A stretch of DNA of 64,000 bases from the human T2T-CHM13v2.0 reference genome, Homo sapiens. Location of the stretch: assembly GCF_009914755.1 (NCBI RefSeq), contig NC_060947.1. One strand, 5' to 3'. Below, one piece after another: positions 57,154-64,000 of the stretch (position 1 is its first letter; every line of letters starts with the position of its first letter). The translations under genes were made by a program, and so were the position numbers. The notes under the pieces are model-generated. The model saw only the letters and a program-made list of their open reading frames with translations. It had not been told where the DNA came from and ran no database searches.

Positions 57154-60100
57154 CTACTTGGCTAGGTTTCCATTCATGGCAGTGGAGGAGTAGCTGGTGG
57201 CAAGAGAGGCACCTTGCTCAGCCCTCTCCTTTGACAGGTCAAGGCTGGAAGGCCCATAGTGAGTGGGCTGAGGCTGGGGGTGCTCAGGCCGGACCCTGGG
57301 CAGCTGAGGAATGCCATGGGTGATGCCCACAGGCTTGGCCTGTGGTAGAGGGCTGGGGCTGAAGCCTCCAGAACTGGAAGAGCAACTGGGCTCATCAACA
57401 GGCAGCAGCACATCTCGAGGCCTGGCCCTCATGCTCTGGGAGGCCTGTGGCTGGAGGTTATAGCAAGGGCCCATGGGCAGGTGTAGGTGTGAGGGACGAG
57501 CTAGTTGAGGCCCAGATTCCCCAGGTGCCCTTGACTCTGGCACTGATAGTGATATTGACATGGTCATAGGAGGTATGCAACAGGTTGCCTGCCTATATGG
57601 AGACTGGCTGGAAGGCCTGTCCAACTGGTTGGGGCTTATCCAGGCAGGACCTGGCCCCACTGGAAGAGGACAGGGAGCCCAAGCAGGCCAATCATAGGCC
57701 CCTGGGGGTTCAGTATAGAGGGAAAGGGGACTGTCTCGGCTCCATTCTCCTTCTTCCTCCTCTTCGTCCTCCTCATCTGAATCTTCCTGCTGGGCCTGCA
57801 GCTCATCAGACTCGAGGTAGCCCTGGACCAAGTGGGAATTGGAGAGCTCCATCTCCAGGGTCTCTGCAGTGTCGAGAGAGCGGCTTCTCCTGTTGAGGGC
57901 CATAGCAGCAGGTGGAGGTCGAGGGTGCAGGCCAGGCAGTCCCAAGTATCGAGGGAGGCTGCTCACACCCCAGGGCAGGCCTTGGTAGAATCGACTATGG
58001 TAGTTGTTGAAGGCATGTTTGTGATAGTAGCCCAGCTCAAAGGCTTCCAAGGAGGCTGCAAGATCTTCATCATTGTGGAACTCAGGATTCTCTTCACACT
58101 TGCCTTCCCCATCCCGTTCCACATCAGCGATGTCAAAGGTCACCATGGGAGGCAGCTCAGGGAGGTTTTGAGTGAAAGATGAGTCAGAGTCAGAGCTGCA
58201 GGACATGCTGGAAAAGAGGTTCCCATTGCTGGTGAACTCTACCAGGGCCTGTGAGAAACTCACAGTGGCATTCCCTTCCTTCTCAACCTCCTCTTCCTCT
58301 GGATCTTCAGGGGGTGAATAAGTAGGGTAGGCCCTCCTGGGAGATCCTCCAAAATTTGCTTCTTGCATGTCTGGCTCAAACATGGCATCACTCTGGAAGA
58401 GCTGCATCAGGCAGGTACTTTGATCTTTCTTGGAGCAGGTTCCTTCATAACGCTTCTCCAGAGGACGGAAGTCCCTCCAGTCTGGCTCGCTGCTTGCAGT
58501 GGTGGGGAAAGCTGAGGTAATTCCCCGGTGGGAAATCTGAGAGGTCCCTGATACCCCTGCTGCCAGGCCCATCACTGATGGGCCTAAGGGCCTCATCTGA
58601 TACTCTAAGACGGGCTTCTCCTGCCGGGCCTGGGTCTCTCGGACTTGAGTCTCTCTACAACGAACCTCTCGGGCCTGGGCTTCTCGGGTTCTGGCCTCCC
58701 TGCCATGAGCTTCCCAAGTGTGGGCCTCCCTGGCATAGGCTTCCCTGCCATAAGCCTCTCGAGTATAGGCCTCCCTGGCGTGGGCCTCCCTGGCATGAGC
58801 TTCTCGGGCACGTGCCTCCTGGGCCTCAAGCTGCTCCCGCCGAAGCTCCCAATACAACAACTGTTTCTGGATGGTCACTAGCCGTTCTTCCTCTGTCTCC
58901 ATTGCCCCAGGTGGCCGGGAGGACAAAAAGGGCTCAAAGTTTAAGAAGGGGTCAAACATCTCAGAGCTTCGACCATGGAGGTCATAAAGGCAGTCATCTC
59001 CAGGTGGAGAGTTCTCAAGGCTGTCATCTGGCTCATAGAACTCATATAGGGCATCTCCACTGTAGCTGTCTCGGGGTAGACAATCCCTGCGGACAAGCCC
59101 CAGGGCCTCACCTGAATCATCCTCAAATCCAGGTGTGGTGGAGTCATAATAACCTTCATCACTATTGGGGGCGGATTCTTGCTGGTCACTCTGAGGAGTC
59201 AAAAGTTCCCCAGGGGCTAGGCCAGGATAAGACCTAACTGGGTCAAGGAGCATGTAGCCGTGGTGGCCTGGGGATGTGGTGGGATGGTAGCCCAGGTTCA
59301 TATTGGGCCGTGGATACATTTGGGCAGTTTCCCACAGATATTCTAAGTCATCATCTTCTTCCTCCTCCTTAACCTCCTCTTCTTCCTCCTCTAATTCCAC
59401 CTCTTCTTCCTCTTCTTCCTCCTCGTCATCATCATCTGGCAAGGCCATCTCCTCCCCACCTCCTTGGTAGGTCACCAGGCAGGAACTTCGCTTGGTCCCA
59501 TCTCGGTTTGCTCTCTGGCCCCCAGAGGCCATGCTGTCTGTCATACTGTCCATGTCCTGTTCTGCTATTATGTCACCACAACCTGTCAATGAATCAAAGC
59601 TTTTCAGGGATGTCACATCCCCAAACAAGAGGCTCAGTGGGTCCCCCACAGGGCCATTGGGTGGGTTTACCTCTCCTGCTACTACCTTCTCCCCTGTTTC
59701 TGGGCTATGGGGCTCCTCTAGGCTACTGGCTTCAGGGGCAGGCTTGGGTTGCACATGTGCTGAGGCACAGGCCTCCATGGGTTTTTCTGGATCTTTACAG
59801 GCCATTTTCTCAGTAGCTGGTGGAGAAGGTTCTGGTGTTGGAGAAACTTTTGGCCCAGGGGCATCTTGGGGGTTAGCATTTTCCTTTCTAGGGGCTTGGA
59901 AGGTCTCCTCAAAGCAGGGCACCTGAGGGGCTGAGCTCACGTGCTCATGAGGCCTGGCTCTGACCCTCTCAGGCCCCTTGGCCCCTGGCTCACTTTGCTC
60001 AGCCCCAGTGACCTTGCTCTTCCGGTGACGGCGGATACTGCTAAAAAAGCCTTTTAGGCCTTTCTTTGGCTTGGGCATAGAGGGAAACTTCTCAGCCACA

Positions 60101-60561
60101 GCTTTCTCTGTGGCTCCAGCCACAGATGTCTTACATCTGGAGCCTGTCTCCAAAGCCCCATGGGCACTCTGAGAGCTGGGAAATTGGCAGGGTAACTCAG
60201 GCAAAGGCAGGGAGAAGCCAGTTCCTTCACTGACAACATCTTCAGGGCCATGGGCTGCTTCACTCAGGCCATCGTGGGTCTTGCTCTTGCTGAGACCTTT
60301 CTTGGAGCTGCCTTTCCCAGAACCTTTGCTCCGTCCCCCTCCAAAGAAACTAGGCAGAGTACAGATACCCTTCTTGCCACCAAAGAGTTTCATGGCAGTT
60401 TTCTTCAGCCTACCTGGGCCGGATGAGGATGGCTCTGAGGTTGGTCCTTCTGTCGCCTCAGCTGCCTTGTTCTTGGCTCCTTTTTCTGCTGTTTGTTCAC
60501 GGGTACTCCCAGAGGCTGCAGCTCCCTTGGCCTGAGCAGCTTCATCCTTTTGGGTCTCCAT
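57154..60561 (-). CDS. AMER1: APC membrane recruitment protein 1 (WTX/FAM123B), 1135 aa, single coding exon
   Basis: Intact ORF METQKDEAAQAKG...AMNGNLAK. It has lysine-rich membrane-binding N-terminal motifs, SPETGE, APC-binding motifs (LTGCGDIIAE, TYQGGGEEMA, PRDSYSGDALYE), an acidic tract, REA repeats and a proline-rich C-terminus. Confidence 0.99.
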   Translation of the reverse strand: METQKDEAAQAKGAAASGSTREQTAEKGAKNKAAEATEGPTSEPSSSGPGRLKKTAMKLFGGKKGICTLPSFFGGGRSKGSGKGSSKKGLSKSKTHDGLSEAAHGPEDVVSEGTGFSLPLPELPCQFPSSQSAHGALETGSRCKTSVAGATEKAVAEKFPSMPKPKKGLKGFFSSIRRHRKSKVTGAEQSEPGAKGPERVRARPHEHVSSAPQVPCFEETFQAPRKENANPQDAPGPKVSPTPEPSPPATEKMACKDPEKPMEACASAHVQPKPAPEASSLEEPHSPETGEKVVAGEVNPPNGPVGDPLSLLFGDVTSLKSFDSLTGCGDIIAEQDMDSMTDSMASGGQRANRDGTKRSSCLVTYQGGGEEMALPDDDDEEEEEEEEVELEEEEEEVKEEEEDDDLEYLWETAQMYPRPNMNLGYHPTTSPGHHGYMLLDPVRSYPGLAPGELLTPQSDQQESAPNSDEGYYDSTTPGFEDDSGEALGLVRRDCLPRDSYSGDALYEFYEPDDSLENSPPGDDCLYDLHGRSSEMFDPFLNFEPFLSSRPPGAMETEEERLVTIQKQLLYWELRREQLEAQEARAREAHAREAHAREAYTREAYGREAYAREAHTWEAHGREARTREAQAREVRCRETQVRETQARQEKPVLEYQMRPLGPSVMGLAAGVSGTSQISHRGITSAFPTTASSEPDWRDFRPLEKRYEGTCSKKDQSTCLMQLFQSDAMFEPDMQEANFGGSPRRAYPTYSPPEDPEEEEVEKEGNATVSFSQALVEFTSNGNLFSSMSCSSDSDSSFTQNLPELPPMVTFDIADVERDGEGKCEENPEFHNDEDLAASLEAFELGYYHKHAFNNYHSRFYQGLPWGVSSLPRYLGLPGLHPRPPPAAMALNRRSRSLDTAETLEMELSNSHLVQGYLESDELQAQQEDSDEEDEEEEEGEWSRDSPLSLYTEPPGAYDWPAWAPCPLPVGPGPAWISPNQLDRPSSQSPYRQATCCIPPMTMSISLSVPESRAPGESGPQLARPSHLHLPMGPCYNLQPQASQSMRARPRDVLLPVDEPSCSSSSGGFSPSPLPQAKPVGITHGIPQLPRVRPEHPQPQPTHYGPSSLDLSKERAEQGASLATSYSSTAMNGNLAK
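58620..58827 (-). repeat. 15-bp coding tandem repeat (REA pentapeptide repeats)
   Basis: AREAHAREAHAREAYTREAYGREAYAREAHTWEAHGREARTREAQAREVRCRETQVRETQARQE. Confidence 0.93.
59583..60413 (-). other. AMER1: In-frame exitron giving the short AMER1 isoform lacking about aa 50-326
   Basis: Donor CCCAG|GTAGG at 60413 and acceptor TTGACAG|GT at 59583; 831 nt equals 277 codons, matching the known short isoform. Confidence 0.88.
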
Positions 60562-60659
60562 GATGATGGGGACAACTGAGGTACGTCCAGCTGGAAATGC
60601 AGCCTCAGGCTTCCAGGCACTGTTATAACATTATCAGTCAGGAAGCATCACAGTGGGGT

Positions 60660-60700
60660 CTGGAGGAGATAGGAGAGACAAAGACAGAGAGACAGATACT
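60660..60700 (-). other. AMER1: Splice acceptor and polypyrimidine tract of the AMER1 coding exon (exon starts at 60659, 98 nt before the ATG)
   Basis: TCTCTCTGTCTTTGTCTCTCCTATCTCCTCCAG|ACCCC on the minus strand. Confidence 0.9.
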
Positions 60701-62725
60701 AGTGAGCAAGCATCCAGGCTGGGTTTGCTTTCACCGGACGTCAGGCTTGAGTGGAACAAGAAAGAAAATGATGGAAAATGTGGGGCAAATCTTAATCCAC
60801 TCGATATGCTTGGCTTGCTGGGCCAGCTCTCTCTGGGCCCCAAGGAAGCAAAACTCTACACTGAGCAACAAGAAGCCTTCATCCCCTACCTTCTTGCTGG
60901 GTCCACTCCCTTCAGACCATCCTAAGCTCAGGGGACCACTGGGCAGGGGGACCTGCAGTTGTGTGAAAGGCCTAGTGGTGCTATTGGCTGTGGGAGGTAT
61001 TATCAATTATCAAAGGGGATGAGGATAGGGAGAGACAAGAAAGGCAAAAGGGATGTTGGCTCCAACATCACAGAATTTTTGAAAACCATCTGGCAAAACA
61101 GTCCATTGAGTCCTCACAGGGCTCTGTTGGATTCAAGCTTCAGTTTCATATTAGTCTGGGCTCTCACTGACATTTTGTCTGAGACTGAAAAGTGGACCTG
61201 AAGTTTCACCTCCCATCCAAAGCTTCCTAAATTGCCTGCAGAACCATGCTCAGGCTTCAGAATCTCAGAATAGGAGCCTCACACATCCACAAAGTAGGTC
61301 TGCAATCTAGAACCTGCTAAGACAATGAAATGGGAGCCTCAAGAAAGGTACTCTCTGGGCTTCAATATTCGCCATTCAAGAGGCCTATCAATATCTCTCC
61401 CTCAGAGAGGTGATATGAGGGTGGGTCTAAGCCAGACCCTCTATTGGCTGTCCTGCTGGGAAGATACTTTAATGCGGTCATCAATGGAACCCCAAATTCC
61501 ACTTGAGAACCATGAGGTGGACTGTTTCTCCTCTACTCTCCTCCTCTTATTATTTTTGTCCCCATCTAGCTCCCTATCTAGGAAGGGAACTCCTTGAAGG
61601 CCCTACATGATTCATATTCCTGGTGTGTGAGATAGGTTCCCAATGGCTTTTTAAATAAATAAACCTGGTGCAAGCCACACCCTTCTGGTCAAGGCTCTCA
61701 ATCCTCCAAATGCCCAAATACCAACAGAGATGGAATAAAAACAAGACCTAGCCACTACCCACCACAATATACCTCTGCACCTCTGGTCATCCGCTAGCTC
61801 AGTGACCAGCCTGCTAAAACCCAATGACCCCTCCCTGGGAAGTCCCTCACCAATTTGTCCCCTCTCTGTAGAGTGGCACCAGCAGATGGGGGAATCTGGG
61901 AGGAGAGGGGAGAGGGGAAGGGGAAGGGGAGGGAAGGAAGAGTAAGAGAGGGAGAGAGAAGCAAGCACCCTTGGTCCAAGAACAGCTGGACAGTACACCA
62001 GGCCTGTGATTGCTTGCCATAATAATAAGACTCACACATTCACCTAAAGTGGAAGACTGTGGACCAGCACTGAGCATGGAAAGAGGCTGGCAGCTACACT
62101 CTAGCCTTGGAGCCCCTGGTTCTGTCTTGCAAACATTAATTTTGTGCCTGCTGCCTTGCTTGGCTTGACACTTGAATCATCAGTGTGATGATCCAAGCTT
62201 CCATAAAGAACACTCTGCATAACTGAATATTAAAATTGGAGCAAGATAACAGCTGGTTATCCAGAAAAGAAAAGAGCAGGTGAAAAGGAAAGTTCATCTG
62301 AACCTCTCTCTGCAGAGATCTGAATTGCCATTTGCTCAGGTTAGAGATTTTTCTGTAACATATTTTGACATCACACTGTTCCAACTCAGCCCTGCAACTG
62401 ATAGTCCCACAATAGACAGTGCCCCCTCCCACCTCCAAATACACACACAATCACACCTAAACACACAATCACCCAGTTTTCTGCCCCTGGGTCTGGTGGG
62501 AATAGGGGCCCTATCATGTCTGAATGCCCCACTTTCCACAGCACATTTTTACCTCAGCCTTAAAATTACTGCTAAGGTTATCGTCACGGTGTTGGGGATA
62601 GGGGAGTTGGGGAGGCAGTACTGGAGTTGTTTGTGAAATTCTATTCCCCTCTGGAATTCAGTGCTTCAGGGCAGGACAAGAAGGGAGAACTCCCAGCCTT
62701 TGCTTCTAAGGAGCTCCTAGGCTAA

Positions 62726-63049
62726 CAGGGAGAGTCCTATATGTAACAGTCTGTTAGAAACTGGACCAAACAACAGGAAGTGACCGGCAGGCAGGAGGGC
62801 AAGGTGAACATTACCTGAGCTCTGCCTTCTGTCAGATCAGCAGAGGCATTAGATTCTCATAGGAGCGTGAACCCTATTGCAAACTGCGCATGCGAAGGAT
62901 CTAGGGTGCACTCTCCTTATGAGAATCTAACAAATGCCTGATGATCTGAGATGGAACACTTTTATCCCAAAACCTTCCTCCTCTCCATCCATGGAAAAAT
63001 TGTCTTCCATGAAACAGGTCCCTGGTTCCAAAAAGGTTGGGAACCGCTG
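62726..63049. mobile_element. MER1B-like hAT DNA transposon in the AMER1 intron
   Basis: gtcagatcagcagaggcattagattctcataggagcgtgaaccctattg...ccatggaaaaattgtcttccatgaaac...caaaaaggttgggaaccgctg. Confidence 0.85.
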
Positions 63050-64000
63050 CCTTAAAGAATAGCCCCTGTTATTTCTAAAGCTGGTTGGTGGAGTATCATT
63101 CTTTATACCTTGTAAACATATTCCAAGATAAATGTGAAAGGGAGAAAGACACTTCTTGGGCAGTAAGGCTGGGCCTCAAGGAAAACCTCACAGCCAAGTG
63201 AAAAACTCTAGGACCTACACATCCTTGTGAATCAAAGGCTGACTTGTCCTGCTGGGTTTGGGGCTGGAGTTCCTGGGAACAGAGTGATTTGGCAAATTGA
63301 ATCACAAAGAAGGCTGCTTTCCAGAGCCTTGACGCCCCAGTTAGAAGACAGTCTCTTTGGGCTTTCCCTTGCCCTTGCTCCTATGCTCTGTGAGGGTAGA
63401 GGCCAGCCCACTCACCTCTCTCTGTATTGTCCCCTTTCCTGTCACAGGGAGCTGCAGTGTGTTGTGGAAGGAGCCATGGACCACAGGGCTGGGGTCCAGG
63501 CCATGTCAGCCTCCCATCTGCCAAGGGACCCTGAATGGGCCAGTGTAGCCTGCTGAGACGCAGGTACTTGTGAGCTATTTTGAGATCAAAACAGCTCCTC
63601 TACCTATCCTTCTACCTGCCCACTCCAACTACAGTGGTGTGATGAGTTGATGTGATAATAGGCACAAAAAAAGCACTTTATAAACTGTATAGTACAGTGC
63701 AAATGAGAAAGACTGTCATTACAGTTATTATTACTCCTTCCAGGTCAGATCCCAGTTTCTTAGGAAGCAACTGACCATGTGTTAAAGGCTGTTCATTTGG
63801 GAAAGCCATTCACTGTGGGAAGCTCAGGGACTTGCTGCCTTGGCCCATGCTGAGAGGGAGACAGATATGAGGGGATTTTAAAAAGGTGTGTATATCTATA
63901 CAAACTCCTCTGCTAAGAGGTTTGAAAAGCCCTCTCTGTGTGTTGTGGGAGACAGATGAATTACGCAGGGTGTCCCTGGGATGGAGTTTCTCTCCGTCCA

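Noticed and set aside
57585-60535. Plus-strand and alternative-frame ORFs overlapping AMER1 (e.g. 58578-59237, 219 aa)
   Set aside because: These are expected shadows of a GC-rich CDS and its 15-bp repeat, with no recognisable domain.
60700-64000. AMER1 promoter or CpG island
   Set aside because: The region is CpG-poor intronic sequence; exon 1 and the promoter lie beyond the window.

Overview
Primate genomic DNA, almost certainly human Xq11.2. The right third contains AMER1 (WTX/FAM123B) on the minus strand: the whole 1135-aa CDS (57154-60561) and a ~4.7 kb 3' UTR lie in one exon (acceptor at 60660-60661), and the promoter and exon 1 are outside the window. The left ~48 kb is a transposon-dense downstream region with near-full-length L1PA3-like and L1PA6-like elements, a truncated L1PA5-like copy, a complete THE1D provirus, MaLR/ERV1 LTRs, an ERV env remnant, Alus, MIR/L2 and hAT MITEs. 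I found no evidence for a new protein-coding system; almost all short ORFs are repeat-derived or antisense shadows. The most unusual signals are retrotransposition structures. (1) A semi-processed KRAB-ZNF retropseudogene (8285-14552) lost two introns, kept the third, and carries promoter motifs. (2) One target-site sequence occurs three times and is shared by two adjacent insertions. (3) An L1PA6-centred insertion has nested TSDs and a second poly(A), suggesting transduction. (4) A tailless 5S rRNA retrofragment has its own TSD. (5) The THE1D 5' LTR has a perfect DUX4 motif and points toward the pseudogene. Repeat subfamily names come from remembered consensus features and need RepeatMasker/Dfam confirmation. 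Boundaries of old repeats are approximate.
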